The notes under the pieces: model-generated | Seen by the model: the letters and a program-made list of their open reading frames with translations, nothing else | What the model was told of the DNA's origin: nothing | Databases searched by the model: none | Source of the DNA: an uncultured Bdellovibrionales bacterium | GTDB taxonomy: Bacteria > Bdellovibrionota_C > UBA2361 > SZUA-149 > CAZDWZ01 | Direction: 5' to 3' | Length of the DNA stretch: 64,000 nucleotides | Assembly (NCBI GenBank): GCA_964509425.1 | Contig: CAZDWZ010000008.1 | Coordinates: 17,011 to 81,010 of the forward strand | Position numbers and translations under genes: made by a program | Shown: positions 54,913 to 62,654 of the stretch, piece after piece | Numbering within the stretch: the first letter of the stretch is position 1 | Layout: each line of letters opens with the position of its first letter

Positions 54913-55725
54913 TTACGGCATCGCGAAGAAACGAGAGCATTCATAATCATTCCAGGACTGTTTCTGCCGATCGACGAGCTTCTCATAGTGGTTTCTCAGC
55001 TTCGCCTTCGCCGTCCGCTTCTCCTCGAGAAGTTTCACCTCCCGCTCCTTTTTCTCGAACGCTGCTCGCTCGCATTTTCCAAGCCAGACTTTGACCTCGA
55101 TATCGAGGAGCTTGAAATATTCGTGGCGGTATATCTGATCTTCAACGTCATATTCTTCGCGGTATTTTTGCGCGGACTTTTGCGATTGAGTGAGATCTTT
55201 GACGAGCCTGGCACAGTAAGCCTTTGTCTCCGTGATTCCGACGAAGTGCTCGGCTGAGGCTCCGGCCATTTCAAATTCGGCATCCGCGGTGATCGGACTC
55301 GCAAACGTGACCATCACCAGCTCATACGTAAGGTTCAACAGTTCGCTGAGATCAAGCTCCGGCATCTCGCAGGCGCAGCAAATTGGCGGAGTGGGAGTTG
55401 CACTTGGGCTCGGAGAGGGTGTGGAAAACGGGAGCTCAACAAAGGCTGAGGGGATAAGACTTGGTGTCGGCGATGGCGCATGAGCGGACGCCACCGGCGT
55501 CGGAGTTTGCGTAGGATATGCGGGATACATCGGAGGAGCCTCGAAAGTTCCCGGAGAAGAGTAGGGTAAAGGTGTCGGGCTCGGCGCGGAGCTGAACGTC
55601 TCGATTGGCGATGGATACGGCGTCGCAAATTCAGGACCGGCCGCCGCGGGAGACGCTGAAAAAGCTGCAATAAAAAAGTAGAGCGCGGAGCCGCGTCGAT
55701 AAGAAAAGAGTCGAATAAAATTCAT
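54913..55725 (-). CDS. Secreted hypothetical protein with a Pro/Ser/Thr-rich N-terminal half and a Cys-containing helical C-terminal half
   Basis: Signal-like MNFIRLFSYRRGSALYFFIAAFSASPAAA, then PSPTP repeats, ICCAC, and a K/E-rich tail. Start placed at ATG 55725. Confidence 0.55.
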   Translation of the reverse strand: MNFIRLFSYRRGSALYFFIAAFSASPAAAGPEFATPYPSPIETFSSAPSPTPLPYSSPGTFEAPPMYPAYPTQTPTPVASAHAPSPTPSLIPSAFVELPFSTPSPSPSATPTPPICCACEMPELDLSELLNLTYELVMVTFASPITADAEFEMAGASAEHFVGITETKAYCARLVKDLTQSQKSAQKYREEYDVEDQIYRHEYFKLLDIEVKVWLGKCERAAFEKKEREVKLLEEKRTAKAKLRNHYEKLVDRQKQSWNDYECSRFFAMP

Positions 55726-55781
55726 AAAACCTAACGAAAAAAAATAAAAGGGCTTTAGGAGTCGTGCGCTAAATTCGCTCC

Positions 55782-56015
55782 TCAATTGCGCTGTCTGGTA
55801 ACCAGTTTGCTGAGGAGTGACGTTCTGTTCGAGAACCGATCGTTCTCCGGGTATGCTGAAGGCAAGGGTTCAGCCCAAGCGGCAGCCCAAGTCGTCTCGG
55901 CCGGGATTGACTGAGGCTCAATTTTGGATACGGCGTCTGGAGCCGGCCAAGCCAGGGCGCAGGTCACGACAGCGAGAAAAAAACAACTTGCGAGGGTGAA
56001 TCGTAGAGCTTCCAT
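55782..56015 (-). CDS. Small secreted hypothetical protein
   Basis: 77-codon ORF with a signal-like FTLASCFFLAVVTCALA. The stop overlaps the long form of the downstream ORF. Confidence 0.4.
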   Translation of the reverse strand: MEALRFTLASCFFLAVVTCALAWPAPDAVSKIEPQSIPAETTWAAAWAEPLPSAYPENDRFSNRTSLLSKLVTRQRN

Positions 56016-56259
56016 TCGCTAACTCCCTTTGAGGACGTGAAACGCGGCAAGACGCCATTAGAATGTTTCGGTCTTCGCTATTATGGGAGGGAAATCCAGG
56101 GGTTCCCGCGATGGCGGCGACAAACCTATGACAATGGAGTTTCAGCTTTGTAAGCGCGTGTTTTAGCTGATGGGGTTTGAGTTAAGCTTGCTCGCATTCC
56201 CGCACCAGCTTCAAAAAAGCTTACGGAAAGAAGAATTACACTCTCCTTGTGTGACAGGT

Positions 56260-56925
56260 TCAAGCGGCGTCGGCTCGAAAAAATGAGAGCATTTCGCCGG
56301 GCGTTTGAATGAGTGACATCGCGCCGGCATTTTTTAGTTCCTCTTCATCTCGAAATCCCCAGAGCGCGCCAACGGAGTGCATGGTCGCGCGGTTTGCGGT
56401 CTCGATATCGACATTGCTGTCGCCGAGAAAAGAAATCTGACGCGGGCCCATCCCGAGACGCTCGGCAATTTCGAGAGCCGCCACGGGAGACGGCTTGTGC
56501 GGTACTCCGAACCTCGCTCCGAGAACTGCTTTAAATTCTATTTCGGGAAAAAACTCTTTTACCATCTGCTTCGTGAAAGCGTCCGGCTTGTTCGAAAGGA
56601 CGGCGAATGGAATTTCCATTCCGCGGAGCGCATCCAGCATCTCCATGATCCCCGGATACGGCCGGGAATGATCGCGATAATGCGCTTCGTAGACGGGTTT
56701 AAATTTCTGAACGCAGGTGTTTAGCATCTGAGGGGAGAGCGCACGCGTCGGAAGACAGCGTTGAAAAAGCTTTTCGACGCCGTTTCCGACGAATTGCCGG
56801 TAGCGGTCCGTTTCAAATACCGGAAATCCCAGAGCTGCAAGTATCTCGTTTGCAGTAATTGCAATGTCTTCGAGCGTGTCGAGCAGCGTCCCGTCGAGGT
56901 CGAAGATGGCGGCGGCGGAGGTCAT
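56260..56925 (-). CDS. HAD-IA hydrolase, phosphoglycolate-phosphatase-like
   Basis: IFDLDGTLLDT (motif I), VLSNK (motif II) and FLGDSNVDIETANRA (motif III/IV). Confidence 0.85.
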   Translation of the reverse strand: MTSAAAIFDLDGTLLDTLEDIAITANEILAALGFPVFETDRYRQFVGNGVEKLFQRCLPTRALSPQMLNTCVQKFKPVYEAHYRDHSRPYPGIMEMLDALRGMEIPFAVLSNKPDAFTKQMVKEFFPEIEFKAVLGARFGVPHKPSPVAALEIAERLGMGPRQISFLGDSNVDIETANRATMHSVGALWGFRDEEELKNAGAMSLIQTPGEMLSFFRADAA

Positions 56926-56945
56926 GGTGAACGTTAAACAGGAGA

Positions 56946-57509
56946 TTAGAGGAAGTCGAGTGCCGCGAGGTGATCGCGAAACGCTTGACGATTGTGATCG
57001 CTTTCCTTCGGATAAGCTTTCAAAAGCGCTTGCTCTGCTTGCTTGAGTTTTTCTGAGGCTGATTGAATTCTGAGATCGTTTGCATATTGCTGAATCTGCA
57101 TCCGGTCGCCGCGGGCGATCGCCTTTAGGTAATTCACTTCGTCCATCATCGCATTCCCGATAAGCCGGGCGACTTCGGCGGACTCATCCGGAAGTTTGTA
57201 TTCCCGTATGCGATGAGCAAAGCGTTTCAGGTCAGTGATCTGTTTCTCGACTTTTCCCCGTGACATCCGGAGAATCTGCACGGCTTCGACTCGGCAGACG
57301 ATTGCGAGATCGATGATGTGAAAGAAATCTTCGAACACTTCGGAGGTCTCTTTCGGCAGCTTCGACTTCCCCTTTTCGTAGGTCGTCTGCTGCTGTGGAA
57401 TGGACTTGTAAGCTTCTTGAATGCTGATGGCAGAGGCAGCGCTTGGGTTACCTACGGCCGGGAGAATAACGAGAGCGGCGAACAAAACAGGCGACAGCAA
57501 GCGAAACAT
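56946..57509 (-). CDS. Secreted helical hypothetical protein
   Basis: Signal peptide MFRLLSPVLFAALVILPAVGNPSAASA from ATG 57509; the ORF opens at 57593. No family recognised. Confidence 0.55.
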   Translation of the reverse strand: MFRLLSPVLFAALVILPAVGNPSAASAISIQEAYKSIPQQQTTYEKGKSKLPKETSEVFEDFFHIIDLAIVCRVEAVQILRMSRGKVEKQITDLKRFAHRIREYKLPDESAEVARLIGNAMMDEVNYLKAIARGDRMQIQQYANDLRIQSASEKLKQAEQALLKAYPKESDHNRQAFRDHLAALDFL

Positions 57510-57792
57510 ATCGAGTTTTCCTCCAAACCTTTCCAGCCCGCGTGATCTCACGAGCCTCTGGGACCCGGTGTTATAAAACTGAAAGAAGTCCAAATTATAT
57601 TGAATAACCGGACTCGCGCGAAACCGGTAACCTCGTAGCTACGTTATTCCGACTTTGACGAATTAGCTGATGAAAGAAACGGAATGCCGGATTCTGCGTC
57701 CAAATGACACGAACAAGCTTTACTATTATCGGCGATGTGCCGACTATGGTTTTTATCGGCTTGTTCCGTGTTTCGGGTTTGATTGAGCACCT

Positions 57793-57984
57793 ATGTCGAA
57801 GAAAGAAAAACGAGGCCTCTATTTTCAAGGGCTTATGCTCCTGCTTGCGTTGGTTTGCCTGTGGCTGACCGACATCGCGGGCGTGCTCTCCGCTGACAAG
57901 GCCAGCGCCAATCCGACCCCCGGATATAAGTCCGATCCCTCAAACACGCTGGCCCCCAGAATATCCTTCCAAGCTCGGCAATAG
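57793..57984 (+). CDS. Possible small single-TM protein
   Basis: 63-codon ORF with a hydrophobic helix GLMLLLALVCLWLTDIAGVL. Isolated in a 700-nt intergenic region. Confidence 0.3.
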   Translation: MSKKEKRGLYFQGLMLLLALVCLWLTDIAGVLSADKASANPTPGYKSDPSNTLAPRISFQARQ

Positions 57985-58097
57985 GCCGGAATTCCGGCTC
58001 ATTTCGGAATCGCTTTCCCCCTGCGGCAACTCTGAACCTGGGGTGGGGATTTTCAGATTCTCTATGTGATTTCTAGAGTTCCCTTGCGGACCTGCCA

Positions 58098-58135
58098 TGG
58101 TATAGTGCTGCGGCCGGTTAACCGGCAGTTTTGAA
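58098..58135 (+). promoter_or_regulatory. Extended -10-like element (TGGTATAGT) immediately followed by a perfect 14-bp palindrome GCCGGTTAACCGGC and a T-run
   Basis: tggtatagt lies at 58098-58106. The palindrome lies at 58113-58126 and is followed by agtttt. It is about 160 nt upstream of the Ser/Thr kinase start. Confidence 0.3.
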
Positions 58136-58291
58136 TCGCGAATTCACCAGAACACTGCCCGGCGGAGCTGGCGTGTTCCTCAGCACAGCTGAGCCGGTAG
58201 AGTCGAGGTTCCGACGCTATAAAAACTGCGCCAAAAGCTCGGTATGAAAGGTCAAAATTACTCGGTCGGAACATAGGTCTCGGCAATCATT

Positions 58292-59971
58292 ATGGAACAT
58301 GATTCCAGCGAAGCAATAGACCCTCTCATCGGCCGGACTTTCGGTTCGAAGTATACCCTGGTGGAGAAACTCGGATCCGGGGGAATGGGAGGGGTATACA
58401 AGGCCGAGCAGGCCTTGATGAACCGCTTCGTCGCCATCAAGATTCTCCGCTCGACGTTTCACGGCGACGAGACCCAAATGCGGCGCTTCCAACAGGAAGC
58501 AAGAACACTCAGCCAGCTCTCACATCCCAACGCCGTCACCGTATTCGATTTCGGCGTCGAGGAAGGTTTTCCCTATTTGGTGATGGAATACATCGAGGGG
58601 AAGACGCTGAAGTCGATTGTCCGCGAGGAAAAGCGGCTTCCTCTTGATCGAATCAAAGGAATTCTCCGTCAGAGCTCTGCGGCACTCAGCGAGGCGCACC
58701 GTCTAGGGATCGTTCACCGCGATATCAAGCCGGACAATATCATGCTCCGGACCCACCATGACGGGAGCGATTGGGTGAAGGTTCTCGATTTCGGTGTCGC
58801 GAAATCCGTCATTGGGAATGATCCGAATCTCACGCAAGCCGGAGTATTGGTCGGCACCCCGCAGTATATGTCTCCCGAGCAGTGCCGGGGCAAGGAGCTT
58901 GATGCTCGGGCCGACATCTTCAGTCTCGGTGTCGTGCTCTACGAAATGTTGACTGGTGAAGTTCCGTTCCAAGCTCCGTCTGTTCTTGAGCTTCTGATGA
59001 AGGTCATGAACTCAGAAGCCGAGTCGATTCGGAAGTTCAAACCGATGCTGACCATTCCGCCGGCGATTGATGCGGTGGTTCTCCGGTCACTCGCGAAAGA
59101 TCCGGAAGAGCGCTACCAAACGATCGCGGATTTTTATTCTTCTTTTGAAAGCGCCCTTCCTCGGGTACCGGGGGGACAAGGCGGCGAACCAGCCGGTCCG
59201 CTTTCGAAGAAGGCAATTCTCATCATCCTTATTTCGGCGATTCTCGTTGCCGCGGTTCTCTATCCGGTAATGAACAAGCTCGCAGAGAGAAACCAGTCTG
59301 CACGTCAGGCCGCGGCGGAGAAGCGAGCGGTAGACGCCGCAAAGTTGGCGGAAGCGGAAAAGAAAAAGGCTGAAGAAGAAGCCGCGCGGTTTCGTGCCGA
59401 TGCTGCGATCAAAGATGCCCAAGCTTGGCAAGCCGAGCAGGAACGCCTCAAGTTCGAAGAAGAACAGAAAAAGGAACGAGAGCAATTAGAGGCTCTGCGT
59501 AAGGAAGAAAGCGAAAAAACCCTCGCCATGCAGAAGGAGCTTGAGGCCATCAAGCGCCGACAGGTCGAGATGGAGGCGAAGGTCAAGGAAGCAGAACAGC
59601 AGCAGCAACGTCAGGTCGCGGAGCGGCTCGAGCGAGAGCGACGAGAAGTCGAGCAAGAAGGAGCGAGGAAAACTCGCGAGCTCGAGCAAAAGGTCGACCA
59701 AGTAAGACAAGCCAAGGAAGAAGCCGAGCGCGCGGTTCAGAACCGGGCACGTGAAGCAGCTCGGGTAGAAGCTTCGCGTGAGGCCGCCCGGCGTGAAGAG
59801 GCTCGTCGCGAGGAGGCCCGTCGAGAACAAGCGAGACGCGAAGCGGAAGCGAAAGTTATCCCCGCGACTCCAGCTCCAACTCCTCCGAGGCAGATCGAGA
59901 AAGGCGGTGAAGACGAAGATGTCGTGAAGAAGAAGCCTCGGCGGAGATGCGGACCGACTTGGTGTGACTGA
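58292..59971 (+). CDS. Ser/Thr protein kinase with TM helix and a long charged coiled-coil tail
   Basis: GSGGMGGVYKA, AIK, HRDIKPDNIML, DFG, GTPQYMSPE. TM helix AILIILISAILVAAVLYPV. K/E/R/A-rich tail with EARREEARREEARREQARRE. Confidence 0.92.
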   Translation: MEHDSSEAIDPLIGRTFGSKYTLVEKLGSGGMGGVYKAEQALMNRFVAIKILRSTFHGDETQMRRFQQEARTLSQLSHPNAVTVFDFGVEEGFPYLVMEYIEGKTLKSIVREEKRLPLDRIKGILRQSSAALSEAHRLGIVHRDIKPDNIMLRTHHDGSDWVKVLDFGVAKSVIGNDPNLTQAGVLVGTPQYMSPEQCRGKELDARADIFSLGVVLYEMLTGEVPFQAPSVLELLMKVMNSEAESIRKFKPMLTIPPAIDAVVLRSLAKDPEERYQTIADFYSSFESALPRVPGGQGGEPAGPLSKKAILIILISAILVAAVLYPVMNKLAERNQSARQAAAEKRAVDAAKLAEAEKKKAEEEAARFRADAAIKDAQAWQAEQERLKFEEEQKKEREQLEALRKEESEKTLAMQKELEAIKRRQVEMEAKVKEAEQQQQRQVAERLERERREVEQEGARKTRELEQKVDQVRQAKEEAERAVQNRAREAARVEASREAARREEARREEARREQARREAEAKVIPATPAPTPPRQIEKGGEDEDVVKKKPRRRCGPTWCD

Positions 59972-59976
59972 TCGAT

Positions 59977-60579
59977 ATGGCTCTTGAAGCTTCGCAGCTA
60001 AACGCAAACCCCTTTTTGCAATTTCAAGAATGGCTCGACGCGGCAAAGGCCTCGTCCGGAATGAGCTATCCCAACGCCGTCTGTCTTTCGACCGTGACGC
60101 CCGACGGGGATCCCGATGGCCGGATTGTTCTCTTGAGAGGGCTGAGCGAAAACGGACTCGATTTTTATACGAACAGCGAATCCTCAAAGGGAGTTTCGTT
60201 GGAGGCCTCCCCCAGGGCCGCGATGACTTTCTACTGGGACAAGCTCCAGCGGCAAGTGCGAGTTCGCGGCAGCGTGACCAAAGTCACAACGGAAGAATCC
60301 GACGCCTATTTCGCGTCGCGGCCGAGAGAGTCGCAGATCGGTGCCTGGGCCTCGCAGCAAAGCCGACCGCTCGAAAATCGTGCAACTTTCGAAGGCAGGT
60401 TGAGGGATTATGAGCGGCAATTTGAGGGCGCTCAAATAGCTCGCCCCCCGCACTGGTTCGGATTTCGCCTCATTCCTCAAGCTTTTGAGTTCTGGCAGGA
60501 ACAGCCGTTTCGACTTCATGACCGCTTTCTCTACACGCGCCACGGGTCAGTTTGGGAGATCCAACGTCTCTACCCCTGA
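59977..60579 (+). CDS. pdxH: Pyridoxamine 5'-phosphate oxidase
   Basis: NPFLQFQEWL, RIVLLRG, FYTNSESSKG, SRPRESQIGAWASQQS, EFWQEQPFRLHDR...RLYP. Confidence 0.93.
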   Translation: MALEASQLNANPFLQFQEWLDAAKASSGMSYPNAVCLSTVTPDGDPDGRIVLLRGLSENGLDFYTNSESSKGVSLEASPRAAMTFYWDKLQRQVRVRGSVTKVTTEESDAYFASRPRESQIGAWASQQSRPLENRATFEGRLRDYERQFEGAQIARPPHWFGFRLIPQAFEFWQEQPFRLHDRFLYTRHGSVWEIQRLYP

Positions 60580-60850
60580 CTCCCATCCGTCGCCGCACGA
60601 AAAAGTAAACCCACGCTTGCTTCACGTACCAAGGAAGTATAAGGTATTTTTTTGCTCGATTGCTCTCTCAAACAAATCAATATCGTTGGTAGCAACTCGT
60701 CCACGCATCTTGCAGTTTCTCCATTAGCTGGTCCTTCTTGCCGTTAGCGGCGACTCAATAAACGAATCTTTCTCTTGTTTCTCTTTCGTTTTCGCTGCGG
60801 ATTAAGCTTTTTAGTAAACGCAAGATTCACGTCGGCCGGGTGTTCTCCTT

Positions 60851-60930
60851 ATCCATGGGTCTAGCAGGAAGGCTTGCCGTGCCGTCTTTTGCAGCGCCAT
60901 CTAGAGTTCTCTTTCTGGACCAATGGAACC
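60851..60930 (+). repeat. Hairpin module copy A (ATCCATGGGyCTA ... GGACCAATGGAACC)
   Basis: Shares a 13-nt 5' block and a 14-nt 3' block with copy B. The two blocks are imperfect reverse complements of each other (tccatgggtct / ggaccaatgga). Confidence 0.6.
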
Positions 60931-61387
60931 AAAGTCGTTTTGTTCATCGTTTGGAAGGGAGCACAGCTTCCGCGTGATTTAGTTCACCGGTCTCTCCCGT
61001 CCCCCCAGGAGATTTTTCTCAATACTTCCCTACGCTTTTACGCAATACATCTTCGCCTTCTCCAAACTTTTCTCGGCTTTGCCGATTTTAGTTTGGCCTT
61101 CGGGCCAAGTTGATGGCCTACGGGCTGCTCGCCGCCCTTGAGGCGGCCCCGGCATGCTTGTTTCTGAAACTTGTTGATTGCTGGATCTGTTCGCTCTTGC
61201 GTAACGGAACATGAGACTAACTCCTATTTGACTTCATCAAGATTATCTTCACCGATTTATTTAGATGAACACCTTTAGGAATTTTTTGGTTCCGGAGGTC
61301 CATGTATTTCCTCCTTTCATTTCTGCTGATCGCTTCCGCTGCCTTTCCTACTTTCCTGCACTCGTCTTTCTTACACTACCTCCTTCG

Positions 61388-61432
61388 CTGTGTAGTCACT
61401 CTGTGTAGTCACTCTGTGAAGTCACTCTGTGG
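61388..61432. repeat. 13-bp tandem repeat, 3.5 units (CTGTGTAGTCACT)
   Basis: 61388-61400 and 61401-61413 are identical. 61414-61426 has one change. A partial ctgtgg follows. The reverse complement contains CCACAGAG/CACAGAG cores like the 38.2-kb elements. Confidence 0.85.
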
Positions 61433-61978
61433 CCTCAATCGCTCTCGAAAGTATTTCAGTCGTCCGCTTCGCCGTGTCTGTTGCGTTCGGACCTTCCAAA
61501 TTCAGCTCTGTTCCAGCATTTCTAATACCGACCCATTCCAATTCTCGCTTTCAGCGCATCTGTGTTTCGTCCTGTGGCTTCTTTGCGACAATTTTTGTTT
61601 CCTCATTGCATTTTGCTTTCACACGTTTCACCTCGTTGTTCCCGGTTTCGCGGTGCGTTCGTTGCCCGCGTGTCGCGCGTAAGATTTCCTGCGGGAAAGC
61701 GGCGTGTCATTAAAAAAAATTTGGTATCCGCAACTACCAACCATCTCTAAGATTCTCTTTCCGTCACGCGCAAATTTTGGGACCTGACGTGAATTTTTTT
61801 TCATTCACGACTTGTCACAAAAATTTAACAGAGATAGGAAACTGCTTCGCACGTTGTTCTCTTCCGCCTCGCGGTCCTGAATTTTCGGCCTTTTTCTGCA
61901 GTTTCTCTGAGAAACACCTCAGAAATCATCGCTCAGAAATTTCGTCGCGTGGCTAAATCTTGAAACGGGTAAGACCAT

Positions 61979-62032
61979 ATCCATGGGCCTACAGGGGAGA
62001 GCTGCCTCTCCATCTTTAGGACCAATGGAACC
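61979..62032 (+). repeat. Hairpin module copy B
   Basis: atccatgggcctacaggggagagctgcctctccatctttaggaccaatggaacc. It contains an inner perfect ggagag-ctgc-ctctcc stem and the same terminal blocks as copy A. Confidence 0.6.
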
Positions 62033-62498
62033 GATTAGGTATTTTTATGGTTTTTTCGCCTCTCTGATTTCCTCCAACTTTTCAGCATTCAAATTTCAGT
62101 AAGTGAAACTCTCACTTTGAACTGACGCTTGTTTCACCGAATTATCGGTCGAAATTTCTTCTCCACGCTCGCGATCTGCGGATGTGCGGCTCACGATTGG
62201 ACGAACGTTTCCTCTTGGAAGCGTCGTGCACTCGTGCGCCTCACTTCCCCCTCACATCCGAACCTGGGGAAGTTCCCGAGAGGCGTACGAAAGATGTCCC
62301 AGTGGGCTCAAACCAAGGAGGACGCAGCGATGCGTATTCGAGCTCCCCCGGCTTAATCGCCGGGAGTGCGGTCGGCACCGGCGTTTTCGCCGGCCGCACT
62401 CTGTCTTCTGTCTGAGTCAACCCAACCGTTGGGGGGCTGGCCCGGTCGTTGCACCGGTCCGGCCCCCTGTCTCATCCGTTCACGGAGAAACTGCAGTC

Positions 62499-62654
62499 AT
62501 GCGCAACCTCGTCAACTTCAGCCCCGGCGTCGCCGGCGGCTGCTTCACGAAGGCGAACCTCGTCAACCACAACCCGGCGCACAACGACGGCGGCGGCGGG
62601 CACGCCGGCCACGGCCTCGGCCACGACCCGGGCCACATGACGGCCGGCGGCTGA
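62499..62654 (+). CDS. 52-aa His/Gly-rich micro-protein with 100% G/C-ending codons
   Basis: ATG 62499 with GGAGA 10 nt upstream, TGA 62652-62654. Product is MRNLVNFSPGVAGGCFTKANLVNHNPAHNDGGGGHAGHGLGHDPGHMTAGG. All 51 sense codons end in G or C (read one by one). No family recognised. Confidence 0.5.
   Translation: MRNLVNFSPGVAGGCFTKANLVNHNPAHNDGGGGHAGHGLGHDPGHMTAGG

Noticed and set aside
60849-60857. DnaA-box-like TTATCCATG at the start of hairpin module A, raising the idea that the ORF desert is oriC
   Set aside because: It has two mismatches to TTATCCACA in the critical 3' positions. There is only one or two such sites, no cluster, no adjacent dnaA/dnaN, and no clear AT-rich 13-mer unwinding element.
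61302-61682. 126-aa and 94-aa plus-strand ORFs in the CT-rich desert
   Set aside because: The products are Phe/Leu/Ser/Cys-rich translations of a pyrimidine tract, with no RBS, and they include the 13-bp tandem repeat. They are not credible proteins.
62184-62654. 156-aa long form of the GC-rich ORF, plus the overlapping 108-aa and 63-aa plus-strand ORFs and the 71-aa minus-strand ORF
   Set aside because: The upstream 104 codons are Arg/Pro/Ser-rich with no codon-position bias and run through the stem-loop region. The other frames are standard high-GC shadows. Only the 62499 start has an SD and perfect GC3.
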